From Octopus vulgaris (taxonomy: Eukaryota): a stretch of DNA of 64,000 bases. The notes under the pieces were generated by a model. That model saw only the letters and a program-made list of their open reading frames with translations. It ran no database searches and was not told where the DNA came from. The stretch spans positions 59,396,001 to 59,460,000 of the forward strand of contig OX597824.1 in assembly GCA_951406725.2 (NCBI GenBank). Direction: 5' to 3'. The translations under genes and the position numbers were made by a program. Shown here piece by piece: positions 12,820-27,767 of the stretch. Every line of letters starts with the position of its first letter. Positions within the stretch are counted from its first letter, which is position 1.

Positions 12820-13297
12820 ATTCTTTTCTACTCTAGGCACAAGGCCCGAAATTTTGGGGGAGGGGCCCAGTCGATTTGATCTACCCCAGTACTTAATTTA
12901 TCGACCCCGAAAGGGTGAAAGGCAAAGTCGACGTCGACGGAATTTGAATTCAGAATGTAAAGACAGACTAAATACCGCTAAGTATTTCGCCCGGCGTGCT
13001 AACGTTTCTGCCAGATCGCCGCTTTAAAATATTTATTTCTTTATTGCCCACAGGGGGCGAAACATAGAAGGGACAAACAAGGACAGGCAAAGGGATTAAG
13101 TCGATTATGTGGACACCAGTGCGTAACTGGTACTTATTTAATCGACCCCGAAAGGATGAAAGGTAAAGTCGACCTCAGTGGAATTTGAACTCAGAACGTA
13201 GCGGCACACGAAATACCTATTTCTTTACTACCCACAAGGAGCTACACACAGAGGGGACAACCAAGGGCAGACAAACGGATTAAGTCGATTAAGTCGA
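12820..13297 (-). mobile_element. Cluster of tRNA-derived SINE family 1 copies (one full, two 3' partial)
   Basis: Reverse complement of the consensus GGCGGCGAGCTGGCAGAAACGTTAGCACGCCGGGCGAAAT...GAGTTCAAATTCCGCCGAGGTCGACTTTGCCTTTCATCCTTTCGGGGTCGAT, which recurs many times in the window. Confidence 0.9.
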
Positions 13298-13319
13298 AAA
13301 CCCTGTATCTGTCTCCCCA

Positions 13320-13413
<94 letters not shown>

Positions 13414-13739
13414 AGGATCATCCCGTAAATAATGAAGTGCAAGTCGGAGGGGATAAACTACCTACATCAACTTACTATAAAAGCAGGTAGTAATTTTATC
13501 TTGTACTTATTCCTAGTACAAGTTTTGAAAATTACAGTTCGATTTTAACAGTTATTTTTTCAAAGCTATAATAGAAGTGGCAAAGGAGCATATTCGGCAT
13601 ATTTTGTTTTATGAGTTCAATAAAGGCAACAGCGCAACGGAAATTACGAGGAATATTGATACAGTTTATGTGGATCGGACAAGGGGTAGCCAGTGCCAAT
13701 GGTAATAAGGGAAAGCCAGAGTTAATGGTAGTTCCTAGC

Positions 13740-15262
13740 CGAAAAATATCCAATGCCAACCACTCTGATGTTACTTGGTCGGCAATTAACAAGGTGTTGA
13801 GTCGCGCAGCTATTCGTGCATGACATTCACCAAATCTTTTGATCCAGTAGCCTTGAACTCTATTTGGTCTCGGAGTCTTCCAGTTGCTCATTCTTTTTTG
13901 CTGATTTCCTTCACTTATCTAACTGAAATGACTAGTTGTGCCTGTTTTGGACAGGCTACTGTTTGTTTCAGTTCTTGCAACCATTCAACATCCTTCTTGT
14001 GCTCCTTGTCTTTGCTCCAGATGTCACTCCAAAATCTTTGACTTTCAATGTTTTCTGGTATCAACTTTTCATCTGTACACTCTCCATTTATTTCTTTATA
14101 GAATATCTTCTGATCTACTCTGAATAAGTTATACTGGTGGTAACCCTTCATTTTTTAATCGTATCTAACCATCTTTGCTTTTTTTGCAACGAAGCACTGT
14201 TTCAGTTCCTCCTTTACAACTTTCAGGTCCTTTCTTTCAATATTATACTTCCTTTCCAGTGCCCTGTATTTTTGTTCGCTTTTAAGCTTCCCTTTCTCTT
14301 TTAGGTCTAACACAGAGATTTCCTTCGACAGCATGTCTAACCCTGCCTGGATTCTTTGTTTGTTTGTTTGTTTGTTTGTCACTTGCACTATGTTTCTTTT
14401 TCTTGACATCAACACCCACGTTTTCTGCTACAACAATTCTTGCTGCCTTGATCAAATTATTTATTGCTGTGATGTTGTTTGCTCTGATCTATTTCAGAAT
14501 TTCATTGACATTTTTCGTTTCTTGGTTCAATTTCCACCGATCAACCTTTTTAAGGTTGCAAATATTGCCGTTATCGTTTTCCTGTACTCTTGATTTTATT
14601 CTGTCGTAGATTGCCTTTTGTTCATCTGTCATTTCGCCATTAGTTTTATTGTCTTCTTTTAAATCAACTATATGTCTCTCATCAAGTAAACTACCACTGC
14701 TCCTGTCCTGTGCAATGGGACTACTCTTATTAGTAAGAACTGTATTTTCATTGTTATCTCTGCTGCTATTTTCCATGATCCGTCTTTTGATAGCTTCGAG
14801 CTCTACTTCTTTGAACCAACACTTTTTTCTTATTGCTCTAACTTGATCACACAGTCTCTGGTCCGTGAGTTGAAACAATCCCGTTTCTCTTCAATGATCA
14901 TACATACGTTGTCGATAACCCCTCATCTGAGCACCATTTTCATCTACCGGGTTGCTCAGGTAGTAACACTCCATCACCACAGCATTAATTTGTTTGCTCC
15001 ATCTACGCCGCGTGTGGTGGTCTCTTTCTGGATATTGACAGGCTGGAGCCGGACCAGAATCTCTGAACCTACCGGGTGTAACACTGTCACCATCATTGGC
15101 TTCAGTTTCATTACCACCGTTATTCAAAATATTTGTTTTTTCATTGTCCCTCATATGAGATAGCGATTGTCAGGTTGCGCAATTACCAGTGTTTTTATTG
15201 ACACCAACACTAGATGTATCATTAATCAGCCCATGAGAAGGAGGAAGCTCCACCCGTTTCCT
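13740..15262 (-). mobile_element. Dong/R4-clade non-LTR retrotransposon, 5' half, degenerate
   Basis: RRRWSKQINAVVMECYYLS (Myb-like), TDQRLCDQVRAIRKK, NLFRVDQKIFYKEIN, RFWSDIWS, NWKTPRPNRVQGYWIK; short (ATT)n at the 5' flank. Confidence 0.8.
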
Positions 15263-16606
15263 TTCATTATTATTATTTTATCATCACTGATATTATTGTT
15301 TTTATCTATAGTAGTAGCAGTGGTTGCAGCAACAGCAACAGTAGCAGGGATGGTGTTAGTGGTTAGAGTGGTAGTTGAGCCTCAGATTCCTGTGCTATCA
15401 TAATAGTAGTAGTTGTAGTATTATTGTAACGTTAATAGTATTAGCACCTGCAGCATAATATTTTTTTTTTATCATTATCACCATCACCACCAGTACCATT
15501 GTTGGAGGAGAGGGTTGGGTATCAGTTTGGTGAATAGATCATAATCTACAGGTCTATAAATAGATTCAGCAGATAGTGTGGAGGTAAGCCATAGAGACAA
15601 AGGAATCTTGTACCCTTTGAGTCAGCAGAGGTGAAATGTGTTTATTATTACCAGTGGCCTTACTACTACCAGTGGCCTACTCTCACTGAGAGCGCTACCT
15701 TGAAAAGAAGCAATTCATCCTGTTCTATTTGTAATTACTGGTAGAAAAAAACAATAATAATATATATACACACATACACACACACACCCAAACACACACA
15801 CACACACACAAATATATATAGACACACATATATACTGCTATTCACGTCGTTGAATTTTTGAATTTCTGAATTCAATTGTGTTGTTGCAATAAAAGGTGTG
15901 TTTACGTATTTGGGTAATACATTAAAGTTTTATAGTTTTCTTGAGATGCTCGTTTGTCTGTCCCTTTGGAGAATACGGTAGTACTTTTGCAACGAAAAGG
16001 ACGTTTACGTTTTCGTATATTCAGGGAGAGTCAAAAAGAAAAGAAAACAAGTTGTAGATAGTAAAGTTTTAAGATTTACTAAATATGGTCTTTTGCATGA
16101 CCGCACAAAGAGAAATGGTAGTGTTTTTAGAATAAAATGGAGCATGATGTTTACATTTTCGGATACTCAGGGAGAGAGCAAAAGATAAGTATTCACACAG
16201 TAGTTGTAGATATTAAAGGTTGATTTTTTAAAGCTGATCGTTTGTATGTTCGAAAGTTGTGGGTATGTAAGTTTCCTAACTTATTATATTTTGAGGAAGA
16301 TTTAAAATATTCACAGGAAATTGTAGATATTCCAGTCTTTGGGAACAGTAAGAGGAAGAGATATTCACCTTGTTGGATTTTTGAATTTCTGAATTTCTTT
16401 TTCTTTTGGAATTTTTCTTTTCTTTTTAAAGGTTTTTCTGTGGTTTACAGGTTTTGCAGTTGTGCTCTGTATATATATATATATATCGGCAGGTGCTTAT
16501 TTCCTTCATTCTTTTTAACATGCATTTAATTGTGTTGTTACAATAAAAGGCATGTTTACATATTCTGTTTGTCAGGGAAGAAGGGAAGACAAAATTATTA
16601 TTATTA

Positions 16607-16685
<79 letters not shown>

Positions 16686-16796
16686 CATTAGTATTTCGTT
16701 TTTGTATTCGGTTTGTAAGATTCTTTATGCGAATTCGTGTGTTGAAGCATATCTTATTGTTTATGGGCAGTGTCATTCATTTTTCTGCCTAATGAG

Positions 16797-18533
16797 ATTT
16801 CCATTCATTTACTTTTTTTTTTACTAAATTTTCATTTTGACTTGCAACCTTTTCAATAGTCGTTGACTCTGTCCGTTATCGGAACTTATTCGTTTTCTTT
16901 TTGTACGCATGCGTGTGCGTCAGTGTGCGTGCGCATATGCAACATATATGTATGTATGTATGTATACATGTATGTGTGTATGTATAAACATATGTTTGCG
17001 TGTGTTCACGTTTGTATGCATGTATATATGTACTCTGCATGTTTGTGTGTATGCATGGGTGTACGTTTATATGTATGTATTCTGCATATCTACGTGCTTG
17101 TGTGTTCATGTTTGCGTGTTTGTGTATTTGTATGTGTGTGTGTCTATCTGTCTGTACATGTGCATGTGTGTATACCTTTGCCTCCTTGTGTGTGCATGTT
17201 TGAGTGTTTGTGTGATTATGCATGTGCGTCTGTTATGTACGGATGTGTGTCTCCATATGTGTCCTTGTCCGAAGTGTGCGCCTGTGTATATGGTCATGTG
17301 TTTCAATCTTCATTTGTATGTATGTATGTGTTTGCGATCAGTATGTTGATTTTCATGTTGTGTGACAAAGCTGTGTTCTTGTGAACAACATATTTAGAAG
17401 CTATAGGTTTCATGTAATAGGTGTGGAGGAGTTGCACTCTGTTGTTCACAATCACCAACCAAATTTCAGAATCAAGGACAGGGGATAAATTGTTAGGGTG
17501 CCTAGTGGGCTAATTTATAATTACTTTGATACTTTAGTGGATGAAGTTATCTACATGGTGGATGCTTTCCATCACGCTCATCTCGGTTCGGTCGGTCATA
17601 CCAACATACTTATAGTTAGGATAATGAACAACGTGTCCCCACTATATGAACCCTATGAAACACAGAAGCATGTACAGAACTTCATGCACTTCATGTACTT
17701 CTCTGGATATGATCAGAAAGACAGGGTTGTTAGAAAGAAGTTAGACAGTATTATAAGTAATAAAACCAGTGGTACCTGCCCTAGCTATAGAAGTAAAGAC
17801 TGGTATAGGATACAAAGACCTCGTGACAAAGCAAACAGGGTGAACACGTGGTACAAAACTGACAAATATCAAGGAGTGATGTTTGCAGAGGCCACGACCC
17901 ATAGAGAACTAACCCGTAGATTTAGGAAAGCTCTGAAGTAGGCTAAATTCAACAATAAGATTGTTGAAAAGCCTGGAAGCTCCATCAGATCACAACTATG
18001 TAGGACGTATCCCTTTGAGAATAGCACATTCACCAATGGTAACTGCATGGTATGTAAGATTAACCCTGACATTAACTGTAGAATTAGAAGTGTAGTCTAC
18101 AGCGTATAGGGTACATCTAAAGATAAGAACATAATATACACAGGTGAAACATCTAGGACATTTGGAGAGAGACTAAATGAGTATCTGAGACAATATGACG
18201 ACAAAAATCAATCTTCCATACTCTACCAACATGCCAAAGACCAACATGAAAGCATACTGGGTTAACTTGACATCCGAATTTTACCTAAGCACCCGAAGGA
18301 CCCAACATTCAGACAAGTACAAGACTACGTCATTATTAATGAAACATCCCCAGTACTAAATAGGAAATATACATAGGTGTCACACCCCTATATCCACAGT
18401 TTATATATACACAGACAGTGTTGTTAGTAGGCCGTTATTTAGGCGTGCGTGTATGTCTCTGTGTATGCGTGTGTGTCTCTGTGGGCGCGTGTATGTATGT
18501 AAATGTATATATGTATATGTATGCACATGTATG

Positions 18534-18595
<62 letters not shown>

Positions 18596-19339
18596 GGTAA
18601 ATGGATACGCGTATGGACAGGTAGATACAAATAGATAGATACATAAGTAATATGGACAGACGGAACAAACTCATACACACCTGCACACATACATACATCC
18701 TACAAATGAAAACTGAAACACATGAACATATACACACACGAACACTTCCCACAAGGACACATATGGAAACACACATCCATAAATAACAGACGCACATGCA
18801 TAATCACACAAACCCATACACAGACACATTCAGATATGCACACACAAGGAGACAGAGGTATACACACAAATACACACATACACGTATACAAACACACAAG
18901 CGCAAACACACAAACACGCAAACATGAATACACGAGCACATGGATATGCATAATACATGCATACATACAAACATGCACACAAGCATACATATATATAGGC
19001 ATACACACACATGCAGTCTTACATACAAACATGCACTGTACATACATACATACATGCATTCATACAAACGTGCACACATGCATACATATGTATATTCATA
19101 CGTACACATACATGCATACACATAAATACATACGTGCATACATACATGCATGCATACATACATACATACATACATACATACATAGATATGTTATGCGCAC
19201 ACACACTGGCGCACACGCATGCGTACAAAAAGGAAACGAATAAGAACACAGTTCTGATAACGGACAGAGTCAACGACTACTGAATAGGTTGCAAGTCACA
19301 ATGAACATTTTAGTAAAAATAAATAAATGAGTGGAAATT
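16797..19339. repeat. Long imperfect inverted repeat: arms ~16797-17330 and ~18690-19339
   Basis: Left arm TGACTTGCAACCTTTTCAATAGTCGTTGACTCTGTCCGTTATC...TTTTTGTACGCATGCGTGTGCG matches the reverse complement of right arm CGCACACGCATGCGTACAAAAAGG...GATAACGGACAGAGTCAACGACTACTGAATAGGTTGCAAGTCA. The TG-rich inner parts also align. Confidence 0.9.
17560..18370 (+). mobile_element. Penelope-like element fragment (GIY-YIG endonuclease) of a second lineage
   Basis: MYFSGYDQ, VMFAEAT..ELTRRFRK, VEKPGSSIRSQL, C..C....NCRIRSVVY, YTGETSRTFGERLNE, RQVQDYVIIN...VLNRK. Confidence 0.8.
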
Positions 19340-19409
19340 AAATGAGTGTGTTAAATTCATAAGGCACTAAAAGAGAATTACTCTCTCCAGACACAAATTA
19401 TTATTATTA

Positions 19410-19473
<64 letters not shown>

Positions 19474-19506
19474 CAAAACAGTAGCAGCAGTAGCAGTAGC
19501 AGCATC

Positions 19507-19548
<42 letters not shown>

Positions 19549-19705
19549 CAAAGCAGTAGCAGCAGTAGCAGTAGCAGCATCAGTAGTAGTAGTAGTAGTA
19601 GTAGTAGTAACGACAACAACACTATTTATATGCATAATTTCTTATCTCATTCGACTGGATGGCTGTGAAAGTTTTTTGAAAGTTTTCTTGGACCCGCGTA
19701 ACATT

Positions 19706-19847
19706 ATGTCACGAAAAAAGGAATATGATTTTGATGGTCTCTTTACTGATCTAAAAATATTTGGCAAATTTCAAATTCGTGAATCTCTTGCTCTTATGTC
19801 AACATGCCTTGTTGCTTCTTTTGTATTGCTACAAATTATCTTCCTGG
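19706..19847 (+). CDS. SLC22 (organic cation/anion transporter-like) first coding exon, copy A
   Basis: MSRKKEYDFDGLFTDLKIFGKFQIRESLALMSTCLVASFVLLQIIFL(G) fits the SLC22 N-terminal 'FD.lL..lG.FG.FQ' motif followed by TM1; 142 nt; ends G|GTAAGT (phase 1). Confidence 0.85.
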
Positions 19848-20465
19848 GTAAGTTGTGATAGTCAATTCTTCCTTGTTTAAGCTTAATTTTTAATTTTGAT
19901 GTCAAAAACAATTTGTTTAAATATTGTGTCGTTGAAATAGCAGACAGTCGAATTTCTCTTATTTTGCCCCATGCTATCCTTTTCTAATTATGTTCAGTGA
20001 CAGTCCAACTGTGACCGTAACGTTTTTATTCCAGCGTTTATAATGCTACATTCTCCAATATGTTACTCAAGATTCTATAGTGTGGTGTATATCTGAACGA
20101 GTTTTCTCTATACTAATCCCACGTCCTTAGTACTTGTAAACAAGAACTTCCATTGATATAAAGAACATTTTATAAGATATATTTTCTAAATAAGCTTTTT
20201 TCTGGTTGAACAGGATATTCGTTTAATAATATTTGGGGCTCTATTCCTTCTTCAGGCTCTTTATCTACTGTGTTCAAACCACACCGTGTTCAACCTTGCC
20301 TTTCATCTCTCCGGGTCGATGAAATAGTATATCCATAGAGTAGCGTATGGAATCTACTAACCTCTCCCCACTAAATTGATAGCTTATACATGAATCAAAA
20401 ACTACAATCATAACATCAACAAAAACTACTACTACTACTGTTGTTTGTTGTGGTGTTCTTCTTTT

Positions 20466-23400
20466 CACTGTATTGAAAGTGTTTTACGTAGGATATGTGC
20501 GGTGCCTAATAGTGCTATTTTTTGTATGTTACATATACTTGTAAATCCTGATGCTTTTGTTATGTATTTGTCTGAATGTTTTTTTTCATACCTAATGCAC
20601 CTACTATGATAGGAATTGTTTCTGTTTGTAGACTCCACATTCGAATTACCTCTATTTTCAGATCTTTGTAGTTTGAAAGTTTCTCCGTTTCTTTTAGAGA
20701 AACATTGTCATCTGTTGGTATTGATACATAGATTAGAAAGAATTTCTTTCTTGATGATCTCTAAGAGCTACATCCTACCTATTGGCCTTAATTTCCATAC
20801 CTGTGTATATTGACATATCTAATAGTATGGTTGCTTGCTAATTTTCTGAGACCTTTTCTGGCGTGTGTCTATACCATCTGTTTTCCTGTTGTTATTCCTT
20901 AGTGTTGGCATAGCTTCCATTGTATATAGGTCCCGACTCTGTCGTGTCAGTGAATATATTCTTTCTTGGCCAGGACTGGGCAGCCAGAGACAATATGATT
21001 TATTGTTTCTTCTCCATCACCACATATTATGAAGTTACTTGTATTTCTTTTCATTTCGTGCTTTTGATGATTTCTGGTGGGAAGGCTTTGATCTTGTGCT
21101 ACAATTGAAGATCCTTCAGTCTCTGCCTTGAGATCTAAACTTCTCGGTCGTTATTGGGAATTTGCTTTGTCTATTTCTTTTCTGTTTAACTTAACCCAAT
21201 ATTTGCTTTTCTTGCCATCGTTTTATTATGGTATGTTGTTGTACCAGTTTTAGTTTGGATTTCAGTTGTTTTACAGCTTCAGCTTCTTTAAAGACTGAAA
21301 ACAGCTTCTTGTTTTGTTCGAGATTTGTGGCTATCTGTATTAGCTTTCCTTGATTCTGAAGTAGGTATTTTTGTAATCTTATGGTGGTTATTTTATAATA
21401 ATTTCTAGTTTTGTGGTGAGGCATCTTAAATCCTGTCATTGCTTTTCTTGTTTTCCTGTCTATTTTGATTAGTTCATTTAGAGTCCAGTGAAGAATATTG
21501 TAGCATATAACAAGGATAGCTACTGTTGTTCGCATTGAGCTCTATTTTCAGTACTAATCTAACTCGTCTATAGTATTCCTTTCTTATCTGCTCTTAGATT
21601 TGTGTGTTTTGCATAGTATCTAGTTCGTTGATTCCTAAATATTTGTATGTCTGGCTTTGGTCTAATTCTCTTATTTCATTTGCTTTATCTAGTGTGATGC
21701 TTTTACTCTTAACTAGTTTTCTTCTTTTCAAAGTTGCTTTGACACATTTTTCTAAGTTAAGTTTCATGTTTATCTCTTGTTTCCTGCTGTTTATCATTTG
21801 CAGCGTACTGTTTTAAAACATCCATATACAAGAGATGGTTGATTCTTTTGCAGTAACAGTTCTATCCACATCCAGTTCTGTTTAGCAGGTTAGATAAAGG
21901 TGTCAGTGCCAAGCAGAAAAGGAGTGAAGAAAGCATCTCTCCCGGGAGTATTCTTCTAATGGGGATGGCTTTGCTTTTTATGAGTCCATCTTTTGTCTGG
22001 GACTGTAGCAGTCTGCCATTTATTCATGGGATGTTTGATGTATTTTATGATTATTGATGCTGCCTTTTTTCATGGCTAGTGTTCCTAGGATCCATGTGTA
22101 GGGAATACTATTAAAAGCACTTCGGTAATCGATCCAGTCCATTCTTAGACCCTTCTCCTTTCTGAAGCAATCTTCAGTTGTGGCTTTATTGATCAGTAGC
22201 TGAACTTTACAATTGTATGAGCCCTTGCAGCATCCTTTCTGCTCTTCTGGAAACAAGTTGTTTTCTTCCAGATGCTTGCTCATTCTCCGTGATATTGCAT
22301 TAAAGGCTTTATAAATTGTAGGGAGACAGTTATCGGTCTGTAATTTTGTGGGTTCGTCGTTTCAGTGGATCTTTGAATTAAGATAGTTTTCCGTTTCGTG
22401 AGCCAGTCAGGCATTGTCTCCTAGTATTTCATTACATTTCTCAGCCAGCTTTTTATGTGTTCCTGTTAGGTATTTTAACCAGAAGTTGGAGATCTTGTCG
22501 TGACCGGATGCCTTCTAGTTGCTTAGTTCTTGCAGCGCTTGGGTAACCTCATCAGTTGTTAGAGTTGTTAATGTGCTGTGTTCGTTGTTTTGACAGACCT
22601 TTTCTAAGGTTGTTCCTTCGCCGACCATATTTCTTTCCAAAATTCTTCCACTTCTTCAGCTGTTGGTGATGCATTGATGTTTTATTTTATTTTTGATATT
22701 TTCTTGGTAGAATCTTTTGGGGTTTGAGTTTAACTGTTTTGTTCAAAGAAATGTTGATGTTTCTCATACCGGCGGATTATTTGTCCTTTGGCTAGGATAT
22801 CTTGTTTTATCTGTTCTTTTACCTCTGGTATACCTTGTTCAGTTTCTTCTTGTTGCTTAGTAGCGTTGATAGTCTACTAGTTTCATTAAGGATTGACAAA
22901 TCCTTTCTCTTATTTTCTACTTTTTTCTGGATATTATTTATCCACTGGGTTTGTTCGGGTGGTGATACCTTTATTTGGATGAGTTTTGGGGGGTATCCAG
23001 CTTCTTTTGTGGCCACAGTGGCTGCTGCATATATTATATCATTTAGCCTGGTCATATTGACATTTGTTTCTGTGGCTACTAGTTCTGTGACAACCAACTT
23101 CATCCTATTTGTTATTGATGTTTTAATATCAATTTTAATTTTTGCGAGATACAACCGGTCGTCCTCATTAGTTTCACTATCACTGTTTCCAGGTTTTAGA
23201 TTTCTTTCGTATTCCCCCCCATTTATATTTGTGTCTGTGGTGTTCTGGTTTGGTGCATTTTGCTTATCATTATACATTCCTACGATCTGGGCGTGTAGTC
23301 TTTCGTTATTTACTTCGTTTTTGTTGGACATGTTACATCTGTCTTCGTGTTTTACAGTCCCAATGCTTATGATATTATTTGGCATTGCCGTGTGGTTGCT

Positions 23401-23900
23401 ATCTACGTTTTCTTGATGTATTTTTCCTTTTAAGTGTTCTATTTCTATTTCTTGTATTCTTTTTTTTTTTTTTTGAGAATATTTCTCCGTATGTGAGCTA
23501 TTTTACCTAGATTATTTTTCTTCCAGATTTAATATGTATGTTGCTGTGTTTTCGTTCTGTGGGTAAAATAAGCGTAGGATTGAAATATATTACTCACGTG
23601 TCCATTTTTGCTTTTTTGATTTTATGTGCTGGATATGGGGAATAATTTCTAGTCCTTCATTTTGATGGTCATCATTTTCGTAGGGTAACAGTTCATTTAT
23701 TTCTGGTGTTAAATGGTATTGCGGTATTGCACGTGTAGTTTTTCGTATTTTTGTGTAACAAGTTTAAAGTTTGTTATCCTTGGGTTGGATAATAGGGTAT
23801 TATTCAATTTAGTTTTCATTTTTTTGCATGGTGGTTGGGAACGGAGATGGTATGATGTTGATTGAATCGTAACGTGGTGAGAATGTATATACATGTTGTG
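20466..23900 (-). mobile_element. Dong/R4-clade LINE, near full length, degenerate
   Basis: EEQKGCCKGSYNCKVQLLINK, WIDYRSAFNSIP, NLEKCVK, YKYLGI, and the C-terminus ALLGTAHILRKTLSIQ*. Confidence 0.88.
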
Positions 23901-24154
23901 CGGGTCATGGAAATTATACACAGTTATAATACATCATTTCATTTGAAAAATAGAAATAAATTTTAGCATTACTTACTCGGATACATTCCAAAACTTTTAA
24001 AGAGTGTTACTTACTCGAGTATAATCCAGTGCTTCGTCAGTATAGCGAGCTTGTTTACATGTTTGCGAATGATGGAGGTGACACAGTTAAAATGCATAGT
24101 TTCATTTGGAAAACAGAAATATATTTTAGTGGATATTATTCGGATATAGTCTAA

Positions 24155-24970
<816 letters not shown>

Positions 24971-25030
24971 GTAATCGACTAGTCAGTCCCCTCCCTCAAA
25001 ATCTTAGGCCTTGTGCCTACAGTAGAGAGG

Positions 25031-25090
<60 letters not shown>

Positions 25091-25119
25091 ATTATCATTA
25101 TCATTATTATCATTACTTT

Positions 25120-25268
25120 CATTATTGAGAGAGTAGTGCATGAAATCAAAGTGACACCGAGGTACAAATATACGAAGCCCAATACCACCATGACTACCCG
25201 TCTGATAAGGGTGCAGCATGCGCATGCATCATACCCATATGTGCGCAACATGGTGACATTATATCAAG
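25120..25268 (-). mobile_element. 3' fragment of the (AAT)n-tailed non-coding interspersed repeat
   Basis: Reverse complement aligns to 37748-37900 (CTTGATAT..CACCATG..GCGCACATATGG...ACCCTTATCAGA...CTTCGTATATTT...CACTTTGAT...CTCTCTC..AATAAT). Confidence 0.8.
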
Positions 25269-26784
25269 TTGTGTGTGTTTGTGTGTGTACATACAATCAT
25301 GTCCAAAATTCTGGTGTGGTCAGATGAATGTTTTAATATCGATTAATTTATATATTCATGTTATGCATTATTACATGCTATATGTATATATATGAATCTG
25401 TCTCGCGACAGATTCCTTTTAAAATATGTTTTTCTTGATTATAACATGTACTGCAATTTTTCCTAACACTATTATGTTGTGATAAATTCATTGTATATAT
25501 TTTTACTTTCTGTAAATAAATTATTGGTGTTAAATCTCTTGGTATTAGCTGTACGAACTCTCATCGTTTGATTATAAGGAAAATTAATTAAAGATTTATT
25601 TGCATGCACTTTCATGAAGATATACTCAAGCTTCGGTCAACACAAGAAAATACAGTCAACCCAGTATGAAGAAACGAAATAGCATTCTTAAGATAAACAT
25701 GACTTCTTAAATTCACTTCCACAGATAGTTTTACCTTGCTATCAAAAACACATCTTCTTATCCTATTTAAACTGTCTTATAACCTACTAGTGAAATGTTG
25801 GTATCTTCAACATACATACACGCTGCTACGATTGTATATTACATCTAGCGTTCTGTCTACATCTATAAACTTCTCGCAAAGACACAGCGACTTTTACTTA
25901 CATATATACATATAAACGCAGCCTAACCTGAAGTTTATAATTGGTGATATTTATATTTACAAGAGTAAGCAGTTATATTTGCTGACTACCACAACAAATA
26001 CACAGTCAGTTATAACTGGTAACCCGACATCTCACGTCACGTTATAAATGCATATGTATGTGTATACATGTTGTATATACTTATCCATGCCTGCTTACAT
26101 GCCCTCGTATCTATATGTGAATATTGTGAATCCACATGGATTTACGCGCATATATACAATATTTTTCTTTCATCTCATAACGGCATTTTAAATAACTATT
26201 TAAATATCTACCTACATATCCTAATAAATTAACGGTCCGTGAATAAGTCCTATTTGTCATAGATCACACATTTTAAGATAATTTCCATTCCCCAGCATAT
26301 TTGGTTTATAGTGTTTCTATATCCCGATACTTCATTCATCTTTTTATCTTTCTATTTAATCCTAAATTTATGGATATAAAACTTACTTTCCACATGAAAT
26401 CCGGTGCATGTGTTTTTTTGTTTACTCTCTTTTTTAACATCCTAAATAATTATATACGAACCTCTAGAATTTTTTTAAAAAATGAGATGTTTTACTTGTT
26501 TATTTTCATATAATGCATGTTTCAACCCGCATCACACAATTCCTTTCTGCTCTTTGGTGTATCTTGGACATTATACATATAAATATTTATATTCACTATT
26601 TTATCATTCAAAGTTCACAACCTGCACTCCCTTTATATTTCTGAACCCAACACACCACTTTTTAACATATAAAAGGTTGTCCAATGAAAATTCTGGTTGG
26701 TTGCGTGCGTGACAAACCTTAACTTTCATTTTTTATATATCAAAGAAAAAAAACCGGTGCACACCGACTTTCTTTCACACATAT

Positions 26785-26998
26785 ATTCTTTTTTACTCTA
26801 GGTACAAAGCCTGAAATTTTGGGGGAGGGCGCTAGTCGATTAGATCGATCCCAGTACGCAACTGATACTTAATTTATCCACCCCGAAGGTATGAAAGGCA
26901 AAGTTGACCACGGTAGAATTTGAACTCAGAACGTAAAGACAGACGAAATAGCGCTAAGCATTTCGCCCAGTGTGCTAACGCTTCTGTCAGCTTGCCCC
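26785..26998 (-). mobile_element. tRNA-derived SINE family 1, full length
   Basis: Matches the family 1 consensus on the minus strand. Confidence 0.9.
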
Positions 26999-27767
26999 CT
27001 TGTTCACAATATATTGAAAATCTAATCAACATATTCTTCTTACTATATTACTTATCTATCTTTCTCTATCAGTTTCTTAGAATATTAACATCACACCTAC
27101 TAAACATATCTTCCTTATAGTAACTAATTTCTTAACAGGAACCTCGATATATTCTCATCCTTGTTTCTTACTCTTTAGCGCTATTACATAACATCTATTT
27201 ATATTTTTATTTATATCAAACCCGTGTACAACAATCTCATACATAAGTAATTTATAGATTATTAAGAAACGTATTCTTCTTTTTTCACTTATTTTTGGTT
27301 AATATGTCCTCCATAGGTCTTCATACCCCCTAGTATTACTAATATTTAATCTAATTTGGTTTTTAAACATCTACTATTTCACTTAGCCTAATAATATACC
27401 TACAAATTAAATATATACTAGAACTAAACTCCTTTTGTATTTTTCCTATAATCCCCACCTCTCCGGTATTTTTATATCCATCTCTCTACCTATATAAGTG
27501 TGTTTTTCTGTATCCATATCCATACGCCCGAATATATAAAATACTTCTTCATATTTCTTTTTAATATAATTCTTTTATATATGTGCGTGTGTTTATGTCT
27601 GTTTGTTTTTTTTGTTTATGTCTGTTTATTTATATATTTATTTTATTTATCTTCTACACATATATGCTCAACTAAATATGTATGAGCCACTATATACTTG
27701 ACATTTTCATTCTCATCAACTCTATTCAAATATCCACCCACATGCCCTAATCAAAATTGGTCAATAA

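Noticed and set aside
16863-19283. Many Cys/Val/Tyr- or His/Thr-rich ORFs
   Set aside because: Translations of degenerate (TG)n/(CA)n sequence in the inverted-repeat arms.
25710-25915. Open phase-1 frame after CCACAG as a possible SLC22 exon 2
   Set aside because: The translation has no SLC22 loop features (P.H.C, conserved Cys/Trp) and ends in a stop with no convincing donor.
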